Assembly: GCA_951406725.2 (NCBI GenBank)
Contig: OX597817.1
Span: 72,602,001 to 72,666,000, forward strand
DNA length: 64,000 nt
From: Octopus vulgaris
Taxonomy: Eukaryota
Reading direction: 5' to 3'
The position numbers were made by a program, and so were the translations under genes. Shown here one piece after another: positions 1 through 38,639 of the stretch. The notes under the pieces were generated by a model. That model was given only the letters and a program-made list of their open reading frames with translations. It ran no database searches and was not told the DNA's origin. Position 1 is the stretch's first letter; the number at the start of each line of letters is the position of its first letter.

Positions 1-25899
<25,899 letters not shown>

Positions 25900-26569
25900 C
25901 AAGAATAAAGATGAACAGAAAATATAAATATTGGTGCTCAAAAGACTCAAACTAATTTTAAAATAAAAAAATTATTATTAAACTCGAGATCATTTATATA
26001 AATTATCATTAAGCTCCAGATCATTTATACAACTATTATTGAATCATTATGAGCCGACAGGCTGATTAAGTAAGATATACAGAACGCTCATTTTTATTGC
26101 TATTATTTTAACAAGAAGACACAAGGCAGAAACTGTAGAGCGACAGATAAAATGTTTGTGGTACGTAATTATCTCCCCGCCTCCTTTTTGTTTTAGCTTC
26201 AAATCCTACTTATAATGCATTCTAGATGTCAGTGAAATACAAGACAAGACAAATGCTTTAACGTTTGACGTTTCAATGCTACTAAGATCGAAAATACTTT
26301 TACTTGTTCCCGGGGCCGATAAATAAAGTACCAGTCAAATAGCAGGTCGATTAAAATAAGAGTCGCTTCTCCTAAAATATGTGATCTCGTTCCTGTATTA
26401 CAAATAATTTTTATTGATTACTTTTATAAATTTTTTTAACCTAAATTTGATAATGATGTTTTACTAACAATCCAACGTGTAACTATATACTTGTAAAAAT
26501 ATGTTTGTACTTAATGTATATTGTCTAAATAAGATATGTGCTTGAATGTTTACCTACTCAAACTTACAT

Positions 26570-26642
<73 letters not shown>

Positions 26643-26652
<10 letters not shown>

Positions 26653-26920
26653 TAAATAAGGTACTCAGAAATCTGGATGGTTTTATTAATATGTCACATG
26701 TTTTTATAAATCATATATTAGCGGTTGCGTCCACTCTAGTGGAGTCTTCAGATTGAACTTTTTCAGGAAATTTTTTCAATCTGAAAAAGTTCAATCTGAA
26801 GACTCCACTAGAGTGGACGCAAGCGTTAATATATGATTTATAAAAACATGTGACATATTAATAAATATCTGTAAATATAAAACCATCCAGATTTCTGAGT
26901 ACCTTATTTATTCTAATATA
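26643..26920. repeat. Fold-back inverted repeat (about 124-bp arms, 14-nt spacer)
   Basis: 26643-26766 versus 26781-26920, with one 16-nt insertion in the right arm. Confidence 0.93.
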
Positions 26921-26951
26921 CAATACCTGTACACCATCTCCAAACCTTCTA

Positions 26952-27039
<88 letters not shown>

Positions 27040-27154
27040 ATAAAAACACACTTACATATCTGCATGCACAGATGAACATATATAGTTGTATGCATGTGTA
27101 CATGAATGTATACATGCGTGCATATGCTTACAACATAATGTATTTCACTGTCCT

Positions 27155-27360
27155 TGGGCGGTGAGCTTTAGCAGACCAGGCAAAATGTTTAATGGTATTT
27201 CGTCTGTCTTTATGTTCTGAGTTCAAATTCCACCGGTATCGACTTTGCCTTTCATCCTTTCGGAGTCGGTAAAATAGTGCCAGTTGAACACTGGGGTTCA
27301 TTTAATCGACTTAGCTCTTCCCCAAAGCTGCTGGCCTTGTGCCAAAATTTGAAACCAACA
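27155..27360 (+). mobile_element. Nin/Deu SINE
   Basis: Head, core and GGCCTTGTGCCAAAATTTGAAACC tail. Confidence 0.8.
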
Positions 27361-27763
27361 TATCCGACCGCTCTATATGCTATAGGAAAGAAATTTTTGG
27401 TTGAGCCGATGAGAAAAGCACTGCGTGGTCAGTCACACTGCTATAATTAGCCGACAAATATCCTTCAAATCACTCCTTACGCATTAAAAACGGAAGCATA
27501 TATTAGATAATGGTAGAATAGATTTACAAGGTGACGAACGTCGCAGCGCAGTCCGTGTTCCTGTAATGAGGATACAAGAAATGAGACGTGCGTATGTGTG
27601 TGTGTGTGTATTTATGCATATGTGTGTGTATTTATGCATATGTGTGTTTACACACGCAGATACATGCACAAACTTAGACAGACAGACACAGACACACACA
27701 TACATATACATATAATAACATGTGCGTGAGTATGTATTAGTATGGCTTGATTTTACGTCACGA

Positions 27764-27800
<37 letters not shown>

Positions 27801-27942
27801 GGGAGAGTTTACGAAAAAAACAAAAGACGAAGACAGGTGGTGTACAAAACAAACATATGTATTAGTATAACGCTCAGGAATAGAAAAAGTCTTTTACGTT
27901 ATACATATATATGTATATATATATATATATAAACACACACAT

Positions 27943-27977
<35 letters not shown>

Positions 27978-27991
27978 CATGAATATGTTTA

Positions 27992-28067
<76 letters not shown>

Positions 28068-29394
28068 TTTATGCATTTGTATATATACTTATATGTGTAT
28101 GTATATTTGTATGTATATAATACATACATATATGTGTTTAACACACACACATTTATGCATATGTGGGTATAAAAATATATAATCATTATTGGTTTCAAAT
28201 AATGGCACAAGGCCAGCGATTTTGAGGGTAATCGATTACAACGACCCAGTTCGGCGGCATTTGAACCCTGAACAGAAAGACGGGTGAAATGCCACTAAAC
28301 ACTAACGATTCTGACAGCTCACCGCCTTAAAAATAATATGTAATCATTATTATTAAAAAGTATTTGATATGAGATTAGATTGCTACTATGACATTACTTT
28401 TTTTCAATTTTAACAACTGAAAAGTGTGAAATACAAAACATTCGAAGGAGAATCATTGAAAGTTACCGGTTTCATTCTTTGTTTTATAATACTACAAACA
28501 TTCGGGTGGTAGGGGTACATATAAGGCTGTAAGATATGCGTCTGTCTATATTTAATGCTTGTATTTGCGTGTGTACGTTCTGTTTAGTACGAATTATGTT
28601 CAGAAACATTTCCATAATCGTTGAGTTAGCAGAAATGGGAGATAACCATATCCGATTCTTTACAATAGCGGGTTTAAATCATCTTGTAAGCAAAGTTCAC
28701 ATCCCACCAAGATCGTCCTTAACTTCTCATGTGTTCAGAAAAAAAAAATAAATAAAATACCAGTGATATACTAAACCTAATCATTTCGACTATACTCATA
28801 ATACTTTTACACATGCGCAAACATATTCGCTAATATTTTATTTCTTTGAGGGAAAATAAATATTTTTAATAAAAAGATGCTTTGTTATATGAGTTTCTTT
28901 TTCTTTCACTGCTGATTTCTATGTTACTAATATGTTTATAGTTAAAAAATTCATACTATTGCATTTACTTTACATTTTCTTATGTTATCATGGCGATGCA
29001 TTTTCAATTTCCTGCTGTATCTGCATACTGTTGCATTTCACATGTACTCTTCATCTACACGTTATCCGTGCTGTTACATATTTATTGAATTAGTGTATTT
29101 TTGTACGTACATGTTGTCCTGTTCGCATAATATTATATTAACATTCGTATAATGTTAGTGTAATTGGTTTTTGAGATGTTCATAGTACAAATAATTCTAT
29201 CATGGAAATAAGAATGATGTTTGTTTGTTATCCAAAGAAGACAAACTTCAAGATGGACCGTATAAAAGCAGAAAGAGGAGACAACTCCGGATATGCGTCG
29301 GTTTTATTCTGACCTCATCAACGATACAAAAATATACAAAAATATACATTTATTAACGTAGAAAAAAATAATTTTTCAGATATTAAATATTTAC

Positions 29395-29528
29395 TAATTT
29401 TATCGTCCCCGGCAGGATGAAAAGCAAAATTGACCTCGGCGGAATTTAAACTCAGAACGTAGCAGCAGACGAAATACTGCTAAACATTTCGCCCGGCGTG
29501 CTAACGATTCTGCCAGCTCGCCGCCTTA
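29395..29528 (-). mobile_element. Nin/Deu SINE 5' part
   Basis: Reverse complement of SINE head and core. Confidence 0.8.
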
Positions 29529-29543
29529 ATAACAACAACAACA

Positions 29544-29588
<45 letters not shown>

Positions 29589-29589
29589 A

Positions 29590-32215
29590 ATTCGTTTATT
29601 GGCCACAAGGGCTGACAAAAATCAAATAAAACATGTAAGGACAAAGTACAGGACGAAAGTTACAAAAAGGGTTTTGTCCGTTTGAAAAGTCCGTGTAAAA
29701 ATGCAAGATAACAACGAAAATATAACAAGTAAAAACTCCCAATATGGGGAGGCGCTTCGAAAGGTTACTCGTGGAAAAACCCATAAAAGCCACGGGAGTC
29801 TGGTCAAAAAGGGGGGTAGAGAGCCCCTTTCTCCATTTATATTACCTTTTTTTTTGCCATTCTTCCGACATTCACCCACCTTTCAATAAATATGCTACGA
29901 GACAGCACTTCCCTCTCTACTTTCACCTTCCTTTTCAAGTGGAACTTGAAAAAGTTGATGAGGCCTTGGCCAAAGAGGAAAGTGTCTGACTTTAGCCCTT
30001 TCAAACAAGCCAGATTTCCAAACCAAACCACCTCTTTCGTTACAACCACTAGACAAAGAAAAATTGCTTTGCCCTCCCGGTTAAAGGAGGTTAGCGGGGC
30101 AATCTTCACTATGGATTCAGCTGATAGCCGGATCTGTCCTATACGCGACAGTAGCTGCTCCACGTAAACCCAGAGGTCAGCAATACTCGGGCACTGGACA
30201 AGTGCGTGCAGAACGGTTTCGTCGTCCTGGCAGCACCTCGGGCAGGCCCGGCTGACGGCACTTCCGTACCGGTAGAGTTTATCTCGAACAGGCAGCGCTC
30301 CTCGGTAGCACTGACCTCTGGAGGTTATCCATGGGTCCCGACCCGAAAGTTCTTCAGAACAGACTGTTCAACTCGTTATCGTCAACGCCTAGAGTTTCCC
30401 CGTGAACGTCGTCGCACTTTTTTTTCACTAACCCTCTATAGAACACTAGAGTGGAACTACTACCGATCGAATTTCCCGCTTGGCGGAGGGCGGAGAGAGC
30501 TTGACGGCACTCGAGGTGTCAAGCGCCCTTTCTCGGTCTGCATTTGATCCAAGACTGCAGCTCTGTCATAGAGACGAGCTGCGTAAACTCGCGTCTGACA
30601 AAGGACGACCACACCTGTTCACCGTTTAGGAAACGCTTGAGATGCCGTAGCCTGAGCGCATGTCTGCGCATCAGTAACCACGGTATGCCAAGGCCTCCGT
30701 TCAGCGGCCGTTGACAGCAGATGGAGCGCCTGACCAGTGGTACCAGACCCTTCCACAAAAAGTTGAAGAGCAAGCGCACCAGCTTGGCCAACCAGCGGTT
30801 GGGACAAGGGACGACAGTCAATCGGTAATAGATGACGGATGCGATGTACGCATTCGCCACCTACGCTCGACCTTTCAGGGACAGCTTCCTCTCGGCCCAT
30901 TTCTGGGTGAGATTGGCCACCCTGCTCGTCACTTCTTCCCAGTTTTTATACACCTGGAGGTCCGGACCGAACCAGACTCCGAGCAGTTTAACGAGTCCGT
31001 CTGTCCAGCGCCCTACGACGCTGTTGGACGGCATGGAATTGCCTCTCCAGGTGCCCAACTGCAAGCCCACGGGCTTTTCTGCGTTAATCTTTGCACCTGT
31101 CTCCGCTTCGTACTCGTTTAGCGTCTCGCCAATCAGGTCAATGTGCCTGTGGCTCGACACCATCACGGTGACGTCGTCGGCATAGGCAGACACGCTGTTT
31201 GCACATTCTAGATCGCGCGGGATACCCCTCAGAGCCTCCAGCTTCCGCAGTAATGGCTCGGGAGTCAACACGTACAGGAGGGAGGAGAGAGGGCATCCTT
31301 GGCGAACCGAACGCGAGATGTCGAAAGACTCCGAAAGGTGACCGTCCACCAGTATCACCGAGCAGATGTTGCTGTACAAAGCAGCGATCCACCCGCGGAA
31401 GACCGGACCGAAACCGGCTGCCTTGAGAACAGCTGCCAGGTATCGATGGTCGACCCTATCGAAGGCTTTACGCTGATCTAAATTGATCAAAGCCCCATCC
31501 GCGCCAGTTTCGTTATCCACTCACTCTATGATGTAGCGCATGAGATGGATATTATCGTGTATCGACCTGGTCGGCACGGCGCATGTCTGCGCCTTGCCAA
31601 TCAGCTTGTCCACGACAAGCGCCAATCTCTTGGCTAGCACCTTGGCCAAAATCTTCAACTTTGCATTGAGCAGAGTGATGGGCCTAAAGTTCCCTATAAC
31701 GTCCCCCTTGTTTGGGTCCTTTCTCAGCAAAGCCACCACTCCTCAACAAACAAAAGCAGGAATTCTCCCGTTTTGCTGCCAGTTGCAGTAGATGTTTGCC
31801 AAGAGGCCCGCAAACAAGTCTGGCATTGAAGTGTAAAGCTCGTAGGGCAGACCATCTAAACCCGGCGATCTACCTCTCGTGCAGCTTTTCATTGCTTCCT
31901 CCACTTCCCAGGCAGATATCGGTCTTTCGCAGCACTCCGCCTCGCTGTCCGAGAGTTGCGGTAGGACGTCCAGTACACACCGAAGTCTGTCCCATTCTCC
32001 GTCCCGAACAGTTGAGCAAAGTGCCGCTGAAAGACCGCACACATCTGCTCCGGTTCGGAAATCTCGCGCCCGTTCTGGTTCACCAAAGACCGAATGGTCG
32101 ATTTGTTGCCGCGCCTCGCCTCTGCTACGCTGGCCCATCGAGCGGCCTTAGTTCCCTCCCCGCTTAGCGAACGTGCCTTAGCTCTGACAACGCGCCTTCG
32201 TGTTTGGCGTCAAAT
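29590..32215 (-). mobile_element. 5'-truncated L1/Tx1-clade LINE, RT pseudogene with 3' UTR
   Basis: SPGLDGLPYELY, NFRPITLLN..KILAKVLAKRL, DQRKAFDRVDH, VRQGCPLS, AYADDV; in-frame stops; AATAAA then (TCA)n tail near 29545-29600. Confidence 0.93.
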
Positions 32216-32726
32216 AATTTGGAAACACATGGTACAATCACCGAGTACTGGAGTCGGAGAAATGTGAGATTTTGTGGGACTTTCCTATTCAAACAAACAA
32301 GAAATTAGAAAATAATAGACCAGATATAACGATTGTAGATAAGGAAAAGCGAAGTTGCTTACTTATTGACCCATTATGCCCGTTTGATTCCAGGATCGTA
32401 AAGAAAGCGGAAGAAAAAAATACAATCCCTTAAAGTTTGAAATAAGAAGTATTTGGAGCATGCGAACGGTAAAGGTCGTGCCTATAATAACTGGTGCTTT
32501 TGGAACAGTAAGCAAAGATATAGACAAATGGCTGAAGGAAATTGAAATAGAATACCCTATAGAAAGTTTGTCTCTTAGGGACGATAGGGATTATCAGGAG
32601 AGTTCTAAACACTTAAAAGACTGCTGAAAACTTGTGGATACCTAAAGTTACTAGTAGTAGCCTGCTATCCACATAATTCCTACCAGGAATAAGAACGAAT
32701 CTGAGTCAAACCAAAATAATAATAAG
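32216..32726 (+). mobile_element. R4/Dong-like REL endonuclease fragment
   Basis: VLESEKCEILWDFPIQTNKKLENNRPDITIVDKEKRSCLLID (PD..D motif); ends in (TAA)n. Confidence 0.85.
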
Positions 32727-32839
32727 AAAATAAGTAACCTTGTATTTAAATCAGACAATATGATTCCAATTATTTGCTATAATAACCAAATTATTTTTGG
32801 CTCAAATACATCTAGTACGAATAAGCCTAAAAATGAAAA

Positions 32840-34030
32840 TAAAATAGTTTGTATTGGAATATTTTGTGGTTCTACTCCCCTTGTTTCTAATGCGGCACGA
32901 AAATTTGTTCAGGCTTTGGATGGACATTTCCCTAAATCTAACCTTATAAAATTTTCGATAAACACAAGATCAAACTGACATACTCTACCATGCCTAATAT
33001 GGCAGAGTATACAGCAATATTTAATTCTAGTAAATTGAACCGTGCAGCTTATAATGCTACAACTGGCTTATAATACAACTGCAATTTCTAGCCACCTAAA
33101 TAACCTCAACCATCGACTGCAAATAACCAGTATATTGATGTACCCGATTCCAATAACAGTACTCTTAATAATAGTGAAGCTGAACCCATCATATCTACTA
33201 ATAATCAAGTGAACCTTACACTATGTAACTTTCGTAATAAATCACAGCGGCCTATTAATAACCAGGAATGCCTTAGGAAAAATATAGTATAGAAGTGCTT
33301 TATTATTGCTCTTGGTAAAGAACATGTTTACATAGGTGCATCCACTTCTTCATTCAAACTTCGCTGGAATAATCACAAATCTACATATAGGCATAAACAA
33401 AAGATTAATAGTGCATCTTTAGCTAAATTTATACATTCTCTCTACTATTGAACTTAAAATTGTTTGATTTATTGTATGTAGTGCACAACCATATAAAGGT
33501 GGTAGAAGTGGTGGCTGGTGTGCGCTCTGCACTACTGAGGCATTCCATATAAAGTTAAATCGAGTATTATCAATCAACGGGATGAATTGATTGTAAGATG
33601 CCAGCACCTTGAATATAAATCGTTACTACATCCTAACTATATCTAACTTATACTAAATTATTATATCTACACTAATAAACTTTATAACCTAAATCAATAC
33701 TATTGTCTACCTAGATTAACCATAATGTTGTCCCACGTTAGTAATAGATAATATATTAGACTATATTCAGATATACTGCTATTTCTAAGAAAACTTATTA
33801 CCCATAAATGCCAGCACCTTAATACAAATCGTTTATTTACGTTAGCTAATTTCCTAGCTTGGTTATGCATAATTTGGCCTTACTTTTGCAATAGCTAATT
33901 TATCAAATCATATCCAGATATTTTACTACCTAGATTACAATGGAATAATTTCTTATCTTGTTAAACATAATCTCACCTTAGTGACAGATAAACTATTAGA
34001 CTATATTCAAGCATTTTGCTGTCTAGTATA
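32840..34030 (+). mobile_element. Degenerate Penelope-like element (RT C-terminus, Cys linker, GIY-YIG) with tandemly duplicated 3' region
   Basis: KFVQALDGHFPK..KIFDKHKIKLTYSTMPN; CNFRNK..ECL; VYIGASTSSFKLRWNNHKS; CALC. Confidence 0.75.
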
Positions 34031-35309
34031 CCTGTATATATGTATATATCTATATCTTTTTAAGTATAAGAATGTATATTTAATTTTGTATGTTAAATGA
34101 GTATGTTTTCATTTATATTGGTCTGTGTGCTTATGTTCATGCATATCTAAGTGAGTGTATATGTATATATATTGTATTATATCTATGCCTGTATATAACT
34201 GTTTTATGCTTACTTGTGTGCGCTGCTGAACGTGCTTATGTAGGTATGTATCTATATGAGCTGCTATGTATATGTGTGCGTATATATACAGTAATGTGTG
34301 TATGTATGTCTATAAGTATATAAGCATACATTAATATGTACGTGTTTTTATATTTATATCGTGTGTATTTGTATGCATGTATTTTTGTATATATTTCGAT
34401 ATATCTATGCTTTTATGTTGGCGTAAGTAGTCTTGATTTCACTACAGTTCATTCGGACAAATTATTTTAAGGTTTATTGACCTTTTAACACTATTTGAAA
34501 AAGACTTGTTCTTTGTATCTCTAGCTGTTTCTTCCCTATTGAATTCACCTATATTCTTTTATTCTTTTAGTCGGCGGTCATGCTGGAATACCACCATGTT
34601 ATATTTTATATTTTTTCTTAAGATTTCTTTTTTATTTCATATAACTACTACACTTCCTCGTATATCCCTTCCTTCGTTAGATCCAGCACCTTAATTGCTA
34701 TGAAACAAAATATATTCATTATTTAAATATATTTTAATTCGAAGCTAATTTCATCTAGTATCATTCTTTCATACATAGAATATATAAATAGTAAATCTTA
34801 TATGTATAAAGGCCTCCATTTGGTCATGTATGTATCAGCCTGGGAAATTTTTTCCCCCTTTTATTTATTTATTTGAAGAAAGCTAAATATCTATGCACGC
34901 AAATCTCTACTCTCCACATCGATATTTATCCAAGGACAAGTCTGCTGACTCGACCCGATGCAGCTTGGCTGCTTGTGTCATTGTAGGCACTTAATGCCAG
35001 AAAACAAACACACAAACAACCAGAACACATTCTGCAAGGTATCTTGCCCAACTCTAATAGTTCTGCCAATCCAGTCCACTGTAAGGCTATGTTGAAACCA
35101 GCATAATTTGAACTCCTTAGCACAGATGGTCGAAACGAATTTCGCAAGGCATTCTAATGAATGCTCTAGCAACTCTTCAACTACAACTTCAAAGTCACAA
35201 TCATAGCATTTTACAAGCTCTTAGTCAATTAAGGAAGCAAGTATATTACAAAACTGGAAAACCAAACCAGCAAAACTTCTTGGAAATGGTATACAATCCC
35301 TAACATTTG

Positions 35310-37117
35310 CTATATATGCTGCAAGAGTAAAGATGATGCTTTAGATAGAAATAACTACAGGGGTATCAAATTGTTGGATCAGGTGATGTAAGTTACATAG
35401 CCCAACTAATTAGGGAGAGTTAGCCTAGATGAGATGCAGTTAGGTTTTGTGCCAGGCAGAAGCACCGCTGATACTATATTTCTAGTAAGGAGAAATATCT
35501 TGGCTTTTGTTGACTTGGAGAAAGCTTCTGAGAGGCTTCCTCGACCCCTTATCTGGTAGTCAATGCAGAAACTGGGGATAAACAAGTAGTTGGTAAGAGC
35601 TGTGCAAGCCTTGCACAGGGATGCTGTCAGTAAGGTGAGGGTTGGGAACGAGTATAGTGAAGAATTCCGAGCAGAAGTAGGGGTTCACCAAGGAGCAGTC
35701 CTCATCTCCCTCTTATTCATTATAGTCATCCGGGCAATAACAGAGGAATTCAAGACAGGATGCCCCCTCTATGGTGATGACCTTGCTCTAATAACTGAGT
35801 CACTGTCAGAACAAGAGACAAGGTTTAGGGTGTAGAAGCAAGGTCTAGAATCGAAGGGCTTTAGGATAAACCTAGCAAAAATGAAAGTCTTAATAAGTAG
35901 GAAGGCTATCAAATCACAATCCCCTTCAGGTAGATGGCCCTGCTCGATCTGTAGAAAAGGTGAGAGCAGAAACTCCATACGATGTACCCAGTGTTAGCTA
36001 TGGACACATAAAAGATGCAGCAATATCAAAGGAAGCTTAACCGGGAAAATAGTTTTTGTGTGTGGCAGATGCACAGAGGAAATAAACACTGAAGATATAC
36101 TGAAAACAGATTCTATCACATGCCAGGGGGAGAAACTAGAAGTAGTTAATAGCTTCCGTTACCTAAGTGACCGAGTCTGTAGTGGGGGTGGATGTTCTGA
36201 GAATGTAGCGACTAGAATAAGAATAAAGTCCAGGGAGCTCCTACCTCTGCTGGCAACTAAGGGCCTCTCACTCAAGATGAAAGGTAGACTGTATGATGCA
36301 TGTGTGCAAACTGCCATGCTACACGGCAGTGAAACATGGGCCATGAATGCTGAGGACGTGTGTAGACTTGAAAGAAATGAAGCTAGTATGATCTGCTGGA
36401 TGCATACACGACAGAGTGCAAGCGCCCCGAGAGAAAAGTTGGGCATAAGAGGCATCAAATGTGGTAAGAGAGGCGACTGCGCTGGTCTGGTCATGTGTTA
36501 CTTATGGATGAGGACAGCTGTATCAGGAAGTGCCACTCCCTATGGAAGAGGTAGACCCAGGAAGACATGGGACGAGGTGGTAAAGCATGAACTTCGAACA
36601 TTGGGCCTCACAGAGGTAATGACAGGAGACCAAAACTTTGGAGATATGCTGTGATTGAGAAGACCTGGCAACTAAAATGAGATCACAGCTATGCATACCC
36701 AGCCCTGTTGAGAATACCATTGATGCGTCGGACGATATATGTTTGAGAGGACCTGCTAAGTAAAACTAATATCGGTGCTGTGGCCAGTGCTGCCTGACTG
36801 GCTCACGTGCCGGTGACACATAAAAAGCATCATCCAAACATGGACAATGCCAGTACCCACTGACTGGCCCCTGTGCCAGTGGCACGTAAAAAGCACTATC
36901 CGAATGTGATCGATGCCAAGCCCGCCTGACTGGCTCCTGTGCACATAAAAAGCGACCACTACACTCTCGGAGTGGTTGGCGTTAGGAAAGGCATCCAGCT
37001 GTAGAAACATTGCCAGATCAGATTGGAGCCTGGTGCAGCCTCCTGGCTCTCCAGACCTGTCAAACCATCTAACCCATGCCAGCATGGAAAACGGACGTTA
37101 AACGATGATGATGATTC
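35310..37117 (+). mobile_element. RTE-clade LINE relic (RT, Cys-rich insert, 3' UTR with about 66-bp repeats and (GAT)n tail)
   Basis: [52 protein letters not shown]; many stops and frameshifts. Confidence 0.9.
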
Positions 37118-37131
37118 ATCATTTTATATAT

Positions 37132-37171
<40 letters not shown>

Positions 37172-37972
37172 CACACACACACACACACAGTTGTATGGTT
37201 GAGAAACTCGCTTTGCACCCACATGGTTTTGGGTTCAGTTCCACTGCGCAGCACCATGGGCAAGTGTTTTTTCTACAATAGCTCCATGCCAACCAATGCC
37301 TTTTGAGTGAATTTGGCAAACAGAAACTCTGCAGAAGCCAGTTGTGTATGCATGTGTCTTTGTGTTTACTCCTTCGCTGCTTGACAACCTTTGTTGGTTA
37401 GTTTACCAACACACCTGTGACTTAGTGGTCCAGCAAAAGAGAACTGATTAAGTGTCACACTTTAAAAAAAGGTCTTGGATTGATTTGTTCAATTATACCC
37501 TGCAAGGCGATGCTCCAGCATGGCCGCAGCCCAATACCTGAAACAGGCAAAAAGATGAAAAAGACATTTAAGGGTGCTGAAAGACATAATTGCCATTTTT
37601 GATTGATTTAGCACATTTAAGATGTAGAATTAATGTCAAACGAAAAACCGATATAATAGTCGTAAAAGAAACTGGCGCCTAAATTTTTGGGCTTTGCCCT
37701 TCAATTAAGATTAGGCAATTCAGACAGTAAAAGTAGTTTCTAATTGGACGGAAACAAATAAATAAAAATACAAAAAATAAAGGTGGAACAGACAAAATAA
37801 AAACAAACAACACATATAGTACAGTCATTTTTTTTTAATTCATCCTGTACAATTTCTTTTTTTTTTTGGCATTTTTTTTTAAATTATCATAATTGGATTG
37901 CTTTATGTATTTTTGTATTTTATGTATTTTTGTTTGACTTGACAATTTTAGCACCTGTTCCAAAATTGCTCC

Positions 37973-37987
37973 TCCCCAGGGGGCGCT
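37973..37987 (+). promoter_or_regulatory. Candidate CTCF-binding site
   Basis: TCCCCAGGGGGCGCT matches 13/15 of the CTCF core CCACCAGGGGGCGCT, in an AT-rich repeat-free island between the convergent genes. Confidence 0.4.
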
Positions 37988-38405
37988 GTTTGTAAAGAAG
38001 TCAGTCAATTAATTTATGTATTAGTTAAGTTTCGAGCATGCAGTTTTTTGGGAATGCTAACCAGATTGCTGATCAGTAATCATCCCCAATAAACCTTATT
38101 CACTGATTACTGTTTTATTATTTGTTGATCAATTTTGTTTTTGCTTTTGGGAGTTAGCTATCCAACGGAACATACACACACACACAGAGGTAAAAAAACT
38201 GATGAGTGATCAATAAACAATGGCGGAGAGGGGGTGCAGGGCTTTGGTTAGAAAATATTGTAAAACAAAGAAAGCAATAAAGCCAAAGGTTTTTAGGGGG
38301 GGGTTAATAGTTTGTTTTGTTTTTGTAGCTCATGTTTCTATAACTTATTTCCAGCAATCCAACATAAAAAATACCAAAAGTCGGATCAATTTTCTACATT
38401 TTTAA

Positions 38406-38455
<50 letters not shown>

Positions 38456-38639
38456 TTAAAGGAATCAAAGAAATATTACTTTTTTGTTTTCATGTTGTTT
38501 TTTTTTTTTTCTTCAAGTAATATTTCTCTTCAGGTTCACGATATTGCACTTTGAAATCAAAATGTTTCAAATTACAATATATCATATCATGTACCACATC
38601 ATAAGTCAAGAGTCAATAAAAAATAAACTATCATTATTA

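Noticed and set aside
29275-29325. Hammerhead-like TGATGAGGTC motif (minus strand); similar weak motifs at about 10240 and 34430
   Set aside because: Core and stems are too degenerate to call.
29590-32215. Reverse transcriptase as an active or domesticated gene, or a retron-like system
   Set aside because: In-frame stops and 5' truncation; an ordinary L1/Tx1 relic.
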